A stretch of DNA of 64,000 nt from an uncultured cyanobacterium (GTDB taxonomy: Bacteria; Cyanobacteriota; Cyanobacteriia; Cyanobacteriales; Nostocaceae): the NCBI GenBank assembly GCA_963740315.1, contig CAVUDP010000002.1, positions 2,656,001 through 2,720,000 of the forward strand, given 5' to 3'. This document shows, in pieces, positions 11,548-22,700 of the stretch (within the stretch, counting starts at the first letter, position 1; every line of letters begins with the position of its first letter). Made by a program: the position numbers and the translations under genes. Under the pieces are notes generated by a model. The model was not told the DNA's origin and searched no databases. It was given only the letters and a program-made list of their open reading frames with translations.

Positions 11548-13092
11548 CTAACTAAAGAAGGCGAAATAATCTTCCAATTCATCCGGGGAAGTATTTCGAG
11601 ATATAAAGCCGATGTAATTATCCGGTCTGAGCAACAAGCTAAAAGACTCATTCACTCCAAAAACTTCTGCTACACGCGGATTGAGTGGCAGCGCGTGATA
11701 ATCAACCAAACGATCGTAGTCTTGTGCAATTTTTTCTCTGACCATTTGCTCGTTGTTTGGTTGATTCGAGAAAGTAAGCATATGGAATTTCGGTTGGTGC
11801 AATCGATCGTAAATACTTTTGCCGTCAATCAAAAAGTAGGGCATCCTATCACCGGCTTTTACCTTGAAGTTTTTATCCCCTGAACGATCGCTTATAGGAC
11901 TATCTGGGTAACTGATGCGGATTTGAGAAACCAGTAAGAAAAGCTTTTTGCCAACGATACCAAGTCTAAGAAAGTATTTCGCCAACACGGGGAAAATAGT
12001 CGTTCGCAGAAAACTGAAGAACCAATTCGAGCCAACTAAGACCGTAAAGGCTCTATCGGTTGATTCCAAAAGCTTTTGGGCATTTGCGAGCCGTTCTGCG
12101 TTGTAACTTTCTAACAGTTTTTCACTCGAATAGCCTTTAAGGACAAACGCTATTTTCCAGGCAAGGTTGTAAGCGTCTTGAATTCCAGTGTTCATCCCTT
12201 GTCCGCCTGCTGGAGAATGGATGTGCGCTGAGTCTCCGGCGAGAAAACATCGTCCTTCGGAAAATTTGTTAACGCAGCGCGAGTGTACTTTATAAACTGC
12301 AAACCAGTTGACGTTTGATATATCTAGCGACAGTTTGGTATCATCTTTAATGTGCTGTTCGATCTCTTCATACAAAATCTCGCCTTCGTCTTTGTCTAAA
12401 CCTTCAGGAAAAGTGCCGATGATGCGGTACCGCTTTTCGCCTTTCATAGGAAAAAAGAGAACAGTTGAAGCTGGCGCTAGACATCCGTAACCAGCTTCAT
12501 CACCAAACGACCAATCAATTTGCACATCGGCTACATAAAATAGACGCTCTAAAGTACTGCCCTCAAAAGAAAATCCCAGATCGTGCCTGATTGGGCTTTT
12601 CGCTCCGTCGCAGCCAACTAGATAGTTAGCTTTAATAATTTGAGAGTCACCGTTGGCAGTTTTAATATGCACCGTAACACCCGCTTCATTTTGCGAAAAA
12701 TGTTCGAGTTCGGTTTTCCAGAGAACCTCCTTTTGATGATTTTGGAGATACTCGTAAAGAAGCTGCTCGTTTTTACTTTGCTCTAGGATAAGCAGATACG
12801 GATAAGGACTCAAGCCTTGTCCCATGTTAGAGAGATCGACTTCGCCACATATTTTACCACTCTCAATAATGCCAATTTTGGAAGCAATCTGACCGCATTC
12901 AACGGCTTTGTGTCCTAAGTCAAGTTGCTCGTAGATTTCGAGCGTGCGGGCTTGAACGCCGACAGCTTTGGAATAAGCAGTCACGCCTTCTTTTTTTTCG
13001 ATAATTATAAAGTCAATGCCGTATCTAATTAGCTGGCAAGCTAATGATAATCCAGTTGGGCCTGCTCCGATAATAATTACGTCAGTTTTCAT
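11548..13092 (-). CDS. FAD-dependent monooxygenase (PheA/TfdB/UbiH-like)
   Basis: GAGPTG, GCDGAKS, LAGDSAHIHSPAGGQGMNTGIQDA, LLRPDNYI. Confidence 0.93.
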   Translation of the reverse strand: MKTDVIIIGAGPTGLSLACQLIRYGIDFIIIEKKEGVTAYSKAVGVQARTLEIYEQLDLGHKAVECGQIASKIGIIESGKICGEVDLSNMGQGLSPYPYLLILEQSKNEQLLYEYLQNHQKEVLWKTELEHFSQNEAGVTVHIKTANGDSQIIKANYLVGCDGAKSPIRHDLGFSFEGSTLERLFYVADVQIDWSFGDEAGYGCLAPASTVLFFPMKGEKRYRIIGTFPEGLDKDEGEILYEEIEQHIKDDTKLSLDISNVNWFAVYKVHSRCVNKFSEGRCFLAGDSAHIHSPAGGQGMNTGIQDAYNLAWKIAFVLKGYSSEKLLESYNAERLANAQKLLESTDRAFTVLVGSNWFFSFLRTTIFPVLAKYFLRLGIVGKKLFLLVSQIRISYPDSPISDRSGDKNFKVKAGDRMPYFLIDGKSIYDRLHQPKFHMLTFSNQPNNEQMVREKIAQDYDRLVDYHALPLNPRVAEVFGVNESFSLLLRPDNYIGFISRNTSPDELEDYFAFFS

Positions 13093-13117
13093 AATTTCTT
13101 CCCCAGAAGCTTAAGAA

Positions 13118-13175
13118 TAAACTAAATAGTTTAATCTCATATCTCTAAACTAAACAGTATAGTTACTTTTGTCAA
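13118..13175 (-). promoter_or_regulatory. Promoter with tandem operator sites upstream of the monooxygenase
   Basis: TAAACTAAATAGTTTA (13118-13133, palindromic) and TAAACTAAACAGTATA (13146-13161); minus-strand TTGACA at 13170-13175. Confidence 0.55.
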
Positions 13176-13407
13176 GCTGTTTATTTTAATGGAATAGGAA
13201 TATTTAATAATTGATTAAGCTTATACGACCATGATTTCGTCTGGATGTGGCTTACACCTGTTTTTGTTTATGCTATGAGCAGACTTTATTGTTCCTATTC
13301 TCTGCCCATATCAAAAACAAAAAATGACTTTTGTCTTGTAATACATGGTTAATATGCAAACATAAGATAACTACTAGCGGGACTTTTTTCTATTCCCGAT
13401 ATTAAAT

Positions 13408-14280
13408 ATGCAACCTAGAAAAAAAACTCTCAAAAAAGTAAATAACGATAATAATCTAGATAATTCGCAGCCAGTAGAAAAAGTTGAAGCGATTCTGCAA
13501 GGTGCGATGCAAGAATTTTTGAAACACGGCTTTGCTGCAACCACGATGGACAAAGTGACGGCAGCCGCAGGAGTTTCAAAAACCACTGTTTACAGCTATT
13601 TTCAGGATAAAGAAAAATTATTTGTTGCTTTAATTGAGCGTTTAATTACAACTTATGGGGGTGTTTTAAATAAACCAAACCCAGAAATGCTTCAAGGGAA
13701 ACCAGCGGAAGTTTTAACAAATTTTGCTAATAATCTATTAAATCAATTTAGTAAAAATATTAGCGATGCACCAGAATTTTTAGATTTAATCCGCTTGATG
13801 ATTGCTGAATCTGGAAGATTTCCCATGTTAGCGCAATACATGGTTCGCTGCATAGATAAAAATGTTGTTCAAACGGTGACTCAATATGTAAGTTCTCATC
13901 CCGAATTACAAATTCCCGATCCAGAAGCAACAACACGGGTATTCTTAGGTGCTTTGGTTCATTACACGATGATTGAGTATATGCTTCAGGCTGGGGAAAT
14001 TATGCCAATGGAGCGGGAAAGATTGGTTGATTGTTTGGTGAATTTGATTATTCCAAATCTTGACAATGGGGATAAATATGCCGGAATTAGAGAAAAAACC
14101 CCACGACGCAAGCGTTTTAGCTCCGGTAAATTCGAGCAAGATTATCAAGAGCCGAAGCAAGTGCGATCGCTACGACTCACCGATACAGCTTGGGAAAATT
14201 TAGATGCGATCGCTCAAAAAAATAATTTGACTCGCAGCGAGTTTATTGAGCTTTTAGCTAGGGGGAAGAAGTTTGAGTAA
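13408..14280 (+). CDS. TetR/AcrR regulator with a C-terminal ribbon-helix-helix-like extension
   Basis: GFAATTMDKVTAAAGVSKTTVYSYF HTH; tail RSLRLTDTAWENLDAIAQKNNLTRSEFIE. Confidence 0.85.
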   Translation: MQPRKKTLKKVNNDNNLDNSQPVEKVEAILQGAMQEFLKHGFAATTMDKVTAAAGVSKTTVYSYFQDKEKLFVALIERLITTYGGVLNKPNPEMLQGKPAEVLTNFANNLLNQFSKNISDAPEFLDLIRLMIAESGRFPMLAQYMVRCIDKNVVQTVTQYVSSHPELQIPDPEATTRVFLGALVHYTMIEYMLQAGEIMPMERERLVDCLVNLIIPNLDNGDKYAGIREKTPRRKRFSSGKFEQDYQEPKQVRSLRLTDTAWENLDAIAQKNNLTRSEFIELLARGKKFE

Positions 14281-14283
14281 TTA

Positions 14284-15105
14284 TCATGCTTGGGAATAAA
14301 GCTTTTGTAACTTAACTTTATCTATATTTGCTTTCGGTGTGTAAGCAGTAAGCCGCAGGTTAGCTGCTGGATAAACTTGAAAAGTAACAGAATCTAACAC
14401 CAATTTTCCCACAATAGGATGATTTAATTCTTGTACTTCATGAGGGCGAGCAACATCATGGCTTTTCCACCATTTGCGAAACTGGGGACTAATTTGAAGT
14501 GCTACAGCTAATTCCGTCCAACTTTGCTCGTTAGTATTTTGAGCGTAATCGGCTCGAAAGTGAACCAGTAAGCAATGGGCAAATTCTTCCCAGTTGATAA
14601 AAAGCTCCTTCATTGCTGAGTTCGTAAATGTCAACCACATTAAATTGCGTTCTGATAATGGAAATACGCTAAAATCTCCAAAAACCTTTACAGCAGCTTG
14701 ATTCCATGCCACTAAATTCCAACACAAATCCACAAGATAAGCAGGGTTAGGTTCCATACTTTCTAACACCTGTCGGATTGATTCCGTAACTTGCTTTTCA
14801 GCTAAAGGTGAAGGAGGTGGAGAAGCTCCGGCTAAAAAAAATAAATGCTCTTGCTCGTGACGATTTAATTGAAGTGCTTGAGTAATTCGTAAAAGAGTTT
14901 CGGGAGATACTTTAACCAATCTTGCTTGTTCTAACCATGTGTACCAAGTAACGCTGATTTCAGCTAGCTCGGCTACTTCTTCTCGTCGCAAACCAGTAAC
15001 TCGACGGCGCAATCCTGGTGGTAAACCAACTTGAGCGGGTGAAAGTTTAGCTCTGCGGGTACGAAGAAAATCAGCTAGCTCTTTTAGTCGCTCTTGCTCG
15101 TTCAT
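14284..15105 (-). CDS. XRE-family MmyB-like transcriptional regulator
   Basis: LADFLRTRRAKLSP..GLRREEVAELA..WYTWLEQ; PAYLVD..WN ligand-binding domain. Confidence 0.92.
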   Translation of the reverse strand: MNEQERLKELADFLRTRRAKLSPAQVGLPPGLRRRVTGLRREEVAELAEISVTWYTWLEQARLVKVSPETLLRITQALQLNRHEQEHLFFLAGASPPPSPLAEKQVTESIRQVLESMEPNPAYLVDLCWNLVAWNQAAVKVFGDFSVFPLSERNLMWLTFTNSAMKELFINWEEFAHCLLVHFRADYAQNTNEQSWTELAVALQISPQFRKWWKSHDVARPHEVQELNHPIVGKLVLDSVTFQVYPAANLRLTAYTPKANIDKVKLQKLYSQA

Positions 15106-15181
15106 TGCATTAAACTATTAGTCGCTATACCAGTATAAGTAAACTCTGGTACTAAGATTGGCTTTTTGTCAAACTAACTAA

Positions 15182-15356
15182 TAAGTAGGTAAGCATAATT
15201 AAATATGTCATTGCGAGGAGGTACGACGAAGCAATCCCAGTCACTGCGGTTGCTTCGTTCCATTCCCGTATAGGGAACACTAAGCCCTTCGGGCATACTT
15301 CGTGAACGTGAATGCAATGACTGAGCGTGTGATATTTTTTTGTCCTAACCTACTTA
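15182..15356. mobile_element. MITE-like element with TAAGTAGGT...ACCTACTTA ends
   Basis: Terminal inverted repeats; internal GTCATTGC...GCAATGAC repeat; related to 47132-47258 and 54601-54705. Confidence 0.6.
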
Positions 15357-15385
15357 GTAAAAAATTAGGTTTACGAGTATTAGTC

Positions 15386-16300
15386 ATGAAGATTTTTCTA
15401 ACTGGTGCGACTGGATATATCGGTGGTTCTGTTGCAGTCAAATTAATCGATGCAGGTCATCAAGTTTTGGGACTTACACGCTCAAAAGAAAAAGCAACAC
15501 ATCTGGAAAAGATGGGCATCGAACCTGTTATTGGTAGCCTTACAGATAGTAAACTTCTAATTGAAACAACAGAAAAATCTGATGCTGTAATTAATGCTGC
15601 TGATTCCGATAATCCTTGGGTAGTAACAACAATTTTGCCACTGCTAGCTGGTACTAATAAACTGTTTATTCAAACCAGCGGTTCTAGTCTTGTCGGAGAT
15701 AAAGCAACTGGCAACAAGAGCGAATTAGTCTTTAACGAAGATACGCCGTTTGAGCCAGAAATAGAAAAAGTAGCACGTATTGCTATTGATAAAAGAGTTT
15801 TAAGTGCTGCTCAACAAAACGTACATTCTGTAGTATTATGTCACAGCTTAATTTACGGTCAAGGTCATGGAATTCATGCAGAAAGTATTCAAATTCCTGG
15901 ATTAATTAAATTAGCTCAAAAAACTGGTAAAGCTAGTTATATTGGCAAAGGTGAAAATATTTGGTCGCACGTTCATATTGATGATGTCGCGGAGCTATAT
16001 TTGCTAGCAATAGAAAATGCTCCTGCTGGTTCGTTTTTCTATGTAGAAAACGGTGAAGCATCAATGAAAACAGTTGTGGAAGCGATTAGCCGAATGTTAG
16101 GTATGGAAGGACAAACTGGCAGCATAACAATTGATGAAGCGATTCAAGAATGGAGTTGCGAAGCCGCTCACTTTGCATTTGGTTCCAATAGCCGAGTCAC
16201 AGCAACTAAAGCTCGCAAGCTGTTGGGATGGAATCCGACAGGGCGTGGATTATTGGAAGAAATTGAACAGGGTTACTATCGTTTAGAGCAGGCAGTTTAG
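15386..16300 (+). CDS. NAD-dependent epimerase/dehydratase family protein
   Basis: MKIFLTGATGYIGG Rossmann motif; HVHIDDVA; divergent from the MmyB regulator. Confidence 0.9.
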   Translation: MKIFLTGATGYIGGSVAVKLIDAGHQVLGLTRSKEKATHLEKMGIEPVIGSLTDSKLLIETTEKSDAVINAADSDNPWVVTTILPLLAGTNKLFIQTSGSSLVGDKATGNKSELVFNEDTPFEPEIEKVARIAIDKRVLSAAQQNVHSVVLCHSLIYGQGHGIHAESIQIPGLIKLAQKTGKASYIGKGENIWSHVHIDDVAELYLLAIENAPAGSFFYVENGEASMKTVVEAISRMLGMEGQTGSITIDEAIQEWSCEAAHFAFGSNSRVTATKARKLLGWNPTGRGLLEEIEQGYYRLEQAV

Positions 16301-16324
16301 TTTACTGAAAATTACCACTGGAAA

Positions 16325-16441
16325 TTAAGAAACCGCCGGAGGAAGCAAAAGCTGCTTCCGCTTCCTCGTATTCTTCCTCCGCCCTTCACCAATAAATAAG
16401 CAGCAGGGGTAAAATAAAGCGCTAGTAGCGGAGAACCACCA
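16325..16441 (-). repeat. Diverged duplicate of the 3' end of the AcrB-type gene (direct repeat of 24952-25072)
   Basis: Encodes GGSPLLALYFTPAAYLLVK, a frameshift, then RRKNTRKRKQLLLPPAVS*. Confidence 0.92.
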
Positions 16442-16544
16442 GTATCAATTATTGTCTAACGGTAAAAAGTTTCTCAGTCAAGGATTAGCGATGTAAAGAC
16501 TGCCATTACACTGATTTAATTACTTAATATTTAAGTTCATACCT

Positions 16545-19500
16545 TCAAGTTTCATCTTCTTCTTCTTCCAAATGAAAAGCACTAATATAATCTCGTACCA
16601 CTCGTTCAAAGAATAGAGGAGCGGGTAATCTTGTCCACTCATTAAAATGACCATATCCGTAGCGAAGAGATTCGACAAAACCAGCAATATTATCTGGGTT
16701 GTCTTGTTCTTGACGTAATGTAACTACAATTTCCAAAGGATTTGGTGTAGCCCATTGTCCAGTATATGGTTTTTGTTGGTCTATAAATTTCATTTTAAGA
16801 CCTGCTTGATTTTCAACTCTTTCGTAAGTTTTTTCACCATCTTCATTTATTTTCTCAATCGTAGAAAATCTATCTTGCTCTACTTGACGATAACAACTTA
16901 CACCTCTTTGATTTTGGTGTAAAGTATTTTTGCCAACAGAAATATAATTCATACAGCCAGTTTCATTCTCTAAATTCAACTTATATAAACATTTTGAATC
17001 AGATGGAACTGATAATTTTATTCGTTCATTTTCATTTGCTTCTAATTCTTCTTTAGTTCTAGTATCTTCGGGAAATGTTTTGGCTAAAATTTTAACTTTA
17101 TCTTCAATCATTCCCGGTGCTAAATCTTGTCTTACACGAACAATTATTGCTCCTTTCCAATTATCTTGCATATATTGTTTATTATTAATATCTATATTTG
17201 AAAGATTCATTTTGCGGTCGCTTAACCAATCCCAAAGCTTTACACAATTTGAAGAATCAATCATTACGAAAGGGTTTTTACTATCATTCACTGAATCAGA
17301 AATTATTTGATCGACAAATTCTTGAAAGCGTTGTTTTCGCTCTGTTTCTGTCTTTCCTAGAGAAATAGGAGAAATAGCTGCTACATCAAACAGTGCTTCG
17401 GTAAAAGGTTCCCAATCGGTTATAGTGAATTGTTTAGTTTCTGGGTCTTCATAACAAAAGCACATTTCACTAAGTCCAGTTTCAACATTAGTTCTAATAG
17501 CTTTTGGTAGAAAAGTTCCATCAAGTTTACCTTGAAATCGACCAGCATTTTTACGAACAATGGTGATATCAATTATTTCTTTGGGTCTGTCTTCGGATTT
17601 AATTTCACTAAACCATTTATCGACTTTTTCTTTCACGTTATCTATACGACCAGAATGTGCCCAAAGCAATTCTTTAATTGATGATTGAGCAGGAAATATA
17701 AAATCCGAAATATTGATATCACCTGTTTGCTGCCAAGTTTGAGGAGGAACAATAAACTGTACGCAGCTACGACCAATTGATGCTAATGCTTGACGAGTTG
17801 CTGGTTTATTTACTAGGTCGTCATGAACTGGTTTTTTGCTATTGTTAGGGTTTGGATAAAATTCACTTGCCAAGATTAAACTGAATTTTGGACGTTTGAT
17901 TTTTGCTATTTGTCTAGCTATAGGTGTCCAAGCTTTTATTCGTTTTTGGAATCTTTCTTTATTTTTTAAATTACTTCCAGGTAAAGTATTTTTTCCTCCA
18001 TGAGTATTATCTGGAAGTCGCTGTAGCTGTATTTCTAATGTATCTCCCCATAATATCTGAATAATTGTTTGTAAAAGCTTTACTACATTACTATTGCTAT
18101 TTTCATGGAAGATAATTAATAATGGCTTTTCATTTGGATATAATCGGTTAGTTGCTTCTTTATTCAGTTGAATTAGTTTTTCAAGTTCTTGAGATTGATC
18201 TGGATTTTGTTTGTTAAATCTAAATAGCTGAATTCCCTTTTCGCTCAATGTAAAACTAAAATGCTTGCTCAACAAATCATTAATTTGTTTATCTGTATTT
18301 TCTTTTAGATATTTGGGTGTAAAATGACAAAAATTATTATTTTCTAAACATTCTAAAACAGCATTGAGCAAAGTAGGCTTATTTATTTGTTTAGAAGCAG
18401 CATCAATATTCTTTTTCTCCTCAGTTGAATGGGTTATATTAACCTTAGAAAAATCTTTAAAGGGTACTATCCCTTTAGTTGCAAAAATCTTACCTATCGC
18501 TTTAATAGCTTCTAACTTATCTTTTTCGGGAACACCTGCATCAATACCATGTTTTTTCTGTTGAAGACCATTACGATAAGTTAATAAGACTTGACAATCA
18601 TCAGTTGAAGCTTCTCCTTTGAGAATCTGGTCAGCATTAGATATATTTAACGGTAAATTTAATTCACGCTGTAAAACCGAAAAAGCATCATCTGGTTGCC
18701 ATTCATATTCACTGGTGTCTTTATTTTTACGACGGTTGAGTTTAAAATGAAAAACGCGATCGCCATGATTTTTGGAGAAAACTACACCACTGATAGATTT
18801 ATTGTCAAAGGCTTTTTCTTTGATGTCATTTAACCAACGTCTTTTAGAAACATCTATCTTTATTAATGGTTGAGATAATGAGGGGAAAGTAACAAGTTCT
18901 AACTTGATAACTAAACTAAATAATCCTTTATTATCTATAGAAATTCGATTAGTGATTAATTCAACAGGATTTGTTTGTCCGCTAGAAATAATCCGTTTAA
19001 TTCCTCCTAATCCTTGAAAAATTTCGTGTCCTGCAATTAATCTAGTTAAGTAATTTGCTAATGCAGGAAATGAATAGTCATCTGGTTTTGCAGTTCCGCT
19101 ATTTTCATGTTGCGACCAAGGAAGTATTTTAGATTGAAATGGATTTACAGATAAAAGTTTATCTTCTTCTTGTAAATCTCTGAGCGGTTCTATTAAATCT
19201 TCTGAAACACCTTCTTTATTTGCAAAACTAACAAAGTTCTTTTGTAACCAATCATTGAGAATAGGTTTTAAATCTTTGGTAATTTTATCTTTATTTCCAC
19301 CTTCAATACAGGCAAACTTTTGCTGTTTTTGCTGATTTATTGCATATTTACTAAGACCCATATCGGGTTGTACTGTACATACCTTAGATAATTTAAATTC
19401 TAAATAACTTCTTAAAGAAGCATAAGGTATATTTTTTATGTTGTTTAAATCTTTATTAATTAAATTAAATTGAGCTAATGCTTCTTTACTCCAACAAATT

Positions 19501-19655
19501 GTAAAACCATTCACTTCAACAGGTGGTAGATTATCAGGAATTTTAAAGGCTTGCGTGATTGTTTCTAAAGTTTTAGCATTACCCAATTGAGCATAGAGAA
19601 TTTTATTATCTTGATTTACGTTCATCTCGGAATTATTTTGATTATTCTTAGTCAT
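16545..19655 (-). CDS. pPIWI-RE family protein (divergent Argonaute: X, MID and RNase H-like PIWI domains)
   Basis: 1036 aa; IDVSKRRW, FVMIDSSN..W.WL, IVRVR, TPNPLEI, TRLPAPLFF motifs; last gene after nuclease and DinG-like helicase. Confidence 0.8.
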   Translation of the reverse strand: MTKNNQNNSEMNVNQDNKILYAQLGNAKTLETITQAFKIPDNLPPVEVNGFTICWSKEALAQFNLINKDLNNIKNIPYASLRSYLEFKLSKVCTVQPDMGLSKYAINQQKQQKFACIEGGNKDKITKDLKPILNDWLQKNFVSFANKEGVSEDLIEPLRDLQEEDKLLSVNPFQSKILPWSQHENSGTAKPDDYSFPALANYLTRLIAGHEIFQGLGGIKRIISSGQTNPVELITNRISIDNKGLFSLVIKLELVTFPSLSQPLIKIDVSKRRWLNDIKEKAFDNKSISGVVFSKNHGDRVFHFKLNRRKNKDTSEYEWQPDDAFSVLQRELNLPLNISNADQILKGEASTDDCQVLLTYRNGLQQKKHGIDAGVPEKDKLEAIKAIGKIFATKGIVPFKDFSKVNITHSTEEKKNIDAASKQINKPTLLNAVLECLENNNFCHFTPKYLKENTDKQINDLLSKHFSFTLSEKGIQLFRFNKQNPDQSQELEKLIQLNKEATNRLYPNEKPLLIIFHENSNSNVVKLLQTIIQILWGDTLEIQLQRLPDNTHGGKNTLPGSNLKNKERFQKRIKAWTPIARQIAKIKRPKFSLILASEFYPNPNNSKKPVHDDLVNKPATRQALASIGRSCVQFIVPPQTWQQTGDINISDFIFPAQSSIKELLWAHSGRIDNVKEKVDKWFSEIKSEDRPKEIIDITIVRKNAGRFQGKLDGTFLPKAIRTNVETGLSEMCFCYEDPETKQFTITDWEPFTEALFDVAAISPISLGKTETERKQRFQEFVDQIISDSVNDSKNPFVMIDSSNCVKLWDWLSDRKMNLSNIDINNKQYMQDNWKGAIIVRVRQDLAPGMIEDKVKILAKTFPEDTRTKEELEANENERIKLSVPSDSKCLYKLNLENETGCMNYISVGKNTLHQNQRGVSCYRQVEQDRFSTIEKINEDGEKTYERVENQAGLKMKFIDQQKPYTGQWATPNPLEIVVTLRQEQDNPDNIAGFVESLRYGYGHFNEWTRLPAPLFFERVVRDYISAFHLEEEEDET

Positions 19656-19721
19656 GGTGAAATTCCCCTAATAATGTTGTTAATTTGTTATTTCTGTAGA
19701 GATATTTATTGCAGTTATTGT

Positions 19722-22700
19722 CTACATATCGTATAAATCATCATAATCTTCAAAACCGTCTTCTTCGTATACTGAATCTTCTGACTTAAACAAATTAGTT
19801 GGGTAATTTAATTTATCAATTCGTCTTAAAGGTTCGAGAAAAGCATCATAAAGTTCTCCGTAGATTTCTCGAATCAAAGAATCGGGATGTGTCATACATT
19901 CTTCGAGAATTACTCGCATTTGAACTAGCATACTATCACGAGGAGAGTCTGTTTTATCTTTTGCCGATTGTGGTGCCCAAGCTGCATCAATAAAGTACAC
20001 TTTTACAGGACAACCATTTCGCATTCCTCGTCCAATTGTTTGTAAAATAGCTACCATCTGATTGGCTGTGAACGGTGTAAATAGCTCTTCACCTAATCGA
20101 CTAGCCATTAATGGTTCTTGTAACAATCGTCTAGCTTCACGGTAAATATCTGACCTAGCACTATTCCAAGCTTGATAAATGTCTGTTAATCCTTGTTCTG
20201 GGGAAAATACATGACTATCAAATCTTTGAGTTGCACGACCGGCTAAACTAGATAAAAGTTGTGTGTCGTCGGTAGTAGGGTGAGGACGAGTCAGGAAATA
20301 AATTGAACCAATTGCAGCATCTCTTTCTCGTTCACCTTTGGTAAAAACGATATTAACTCCACGACCAATTGCTAGCATTGGAAAGATTATTAAGTCACAA
20401 GTGTCGTCATCTCCTAAAGATTCGCATTGAGAAGTAGTAACATAATTTTCAGGTTTTTCTCCTTCTTTGAGGTAACGTACAACAGCTTTGGTACGTTTAC
20501 CAATTTCTGGATAATAACGGTTTAAAAATTGTTTAATTTCTCTTACTTGTGGATAGCTATTAACTACAAAAGCAGCTTTGCGGTGAATACCGTATTCTAC
20601 GTTAAAATTCCTAATTGATTTATTAACTTCTGAATTTTCACCATTTTCAACTAATTGTCTAACCATTTCTAATAGATTGCGTTCTCTTAATTGTCCTGCT
20701 CCGCTATAGCGTAATGGTTCGTTATTTCTTTCTTTGTCGCAGAAATATTGAAAATAATATTGACTTACATTTGATGAATTAGATTTATCTTCTTTCCCCT
20801 TTGGTTTTAAAAGATAGTTAGGATAAACATCAACATGATAAGCGGGACTTGCTTCTAAATAAGAAGTTGCAGAAGTCATTAATATTGCTGGTGATTTTTC
20901 TCTATTGTCTGCTTCTAATAAGCGGTTAAATCGATGCATTAACATTCGAGGGGTACCGATGAAAGTGACATATGAAATTTCAACGTTACTAGAGTTATTG
21001 CGATTTGTTTGAGCATTTTTTAAGTTATATTTAACTCCAGAAAGTAAACCGATAAGATTTTCGGGAGTAAAACGTCGTAATTGTGCTGAAAGAGGAGGGT
21101 TTAATATTGGTTCTTTAATTAAACCTTCTGCCACCATTGTTCTTGTTTCAGAAACCGTGCGTTGATAACCCAGAATAACGAAGGTAATAGCTATTAATAA
21201 AGGAATTACTTCATTTGTTAAATGTGGTGATTCTTCATCAGCAAAACAAATTTTAATAAATAGTGATACTATTCCTTCAACAATTTCGTCTCGCTTTTTA
21301 ATTAAATTTTCTGCTAAATAACGACGTAGAAGGCTTGTTAGTTTTTCCCAATCATCTGTCAGCTTCTTTTTACTAATCCCCAAGGTACGAGAACATAAAT
21401 CCTGCTTGAAATTTTTTAAAGCTGTTTCTGCACCAGTTCGGTCATAAAATGCATTGTAAGCAGCAGATGTCCAATATTCGGTCAAAGCATGATTTTTTGT
21501 AAAACCTTTTCTTATTTCTTCCGTGTCAGCAATGTCTCTTTGAGAATAAGATTTATTGTCGTCAAATCCTTCTAAAATTTCACCAATTATCCGCGATACT
21601 GTTAATAAACAACCTTCAAACCGTTTTTTTATTCGAGGATTAATATTCTGTAACAAGCTGACGAGACTCGTATTATGATTACCAAACTCAGCCATGTTAC
21701 GGCTATAAAGTTCGATGGTACGGTCTGCTAATCGATAGTTTTCTCTTCTTGATAAAGGATTATGGACTTGCTCTAAAATAGTTCTGTGAATAGAGTCATC
21801 TGCACCAGAAAGATTTAATTTTGCGACTCCGTAAGCATCTAGATTCGACTGAACCATATCTGCTTCATCAAAGATAACTAAGTCGAAATTTCTCGCAATC
21901 AATTCAAAGTAGCGAATTTCTTCATCAATCGCTTGGTAAGGTACTGTCGTATCCATAGATATGATATGTCCGACCCAGACATCACCATCAATCAAGTCTC
22001 GTGGTGCTTTATTCCGTCCGCACATTGTCCATAAGGGACACAGATATTCTTTGGTTTTACCATCAAAGGAATTCTGTAAAATACTGCTACATGGAGCATT
22101 ACCAAAACCCCATAAAGAAGTTTCTGTAGTGGAAAAAGCAGGAAGCAAGCAATTACAAGCAAAATTATCTGCACCATCAAGGGTATAAGCAAAACCTCCT
22201 TGTCCTCCAGAAGCAGCGATGGTTTCTGCAATCCGGTCAGCATGAGTACGTCTGGTGGTAGGATTTTGACCGACTAACATTCCGACCTTGATTCCATGAA
22301 ATTTTAAATCAGCCATGTACTGTCTGGAAACTTCAATAGAAGGAAACACCAGCATAATTTTGTAGCCATTTCTTCCCAACCAAACCGCAATTAGCATCAA
22401 CATTGTGGTTTTTCCCGCACCAGGTAAACCGATTAAATGCTTGATTCCAAATAATTCAATAGTTAATGTTTCTTCTCGCAAACCTTGGTTTACTTCGGGT
22501 ACTAGCACCTCAAAATGTTCAAACCGTTGAGTCCAATTTCCAGGTCGTCTTTCAGGATGTTGCTTATCCCTTCTATCCATTTCTTCAGCTATTTGACGCA
22601 ATTCCTCAAGCGGAATAGAAATACTACCCCGTGGTTGTCTATTTAGATCGTGAGTTTTGCGAGTTGCTAAGGATAAATTAATGGGAGGAATTGGTAAACG

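Noticed and set aside
15302..15385. N-terminal extension of the epimerase ORF
   Set aside because: Derives largely from the MITE; ATG at 15386 matches the Rossmann start
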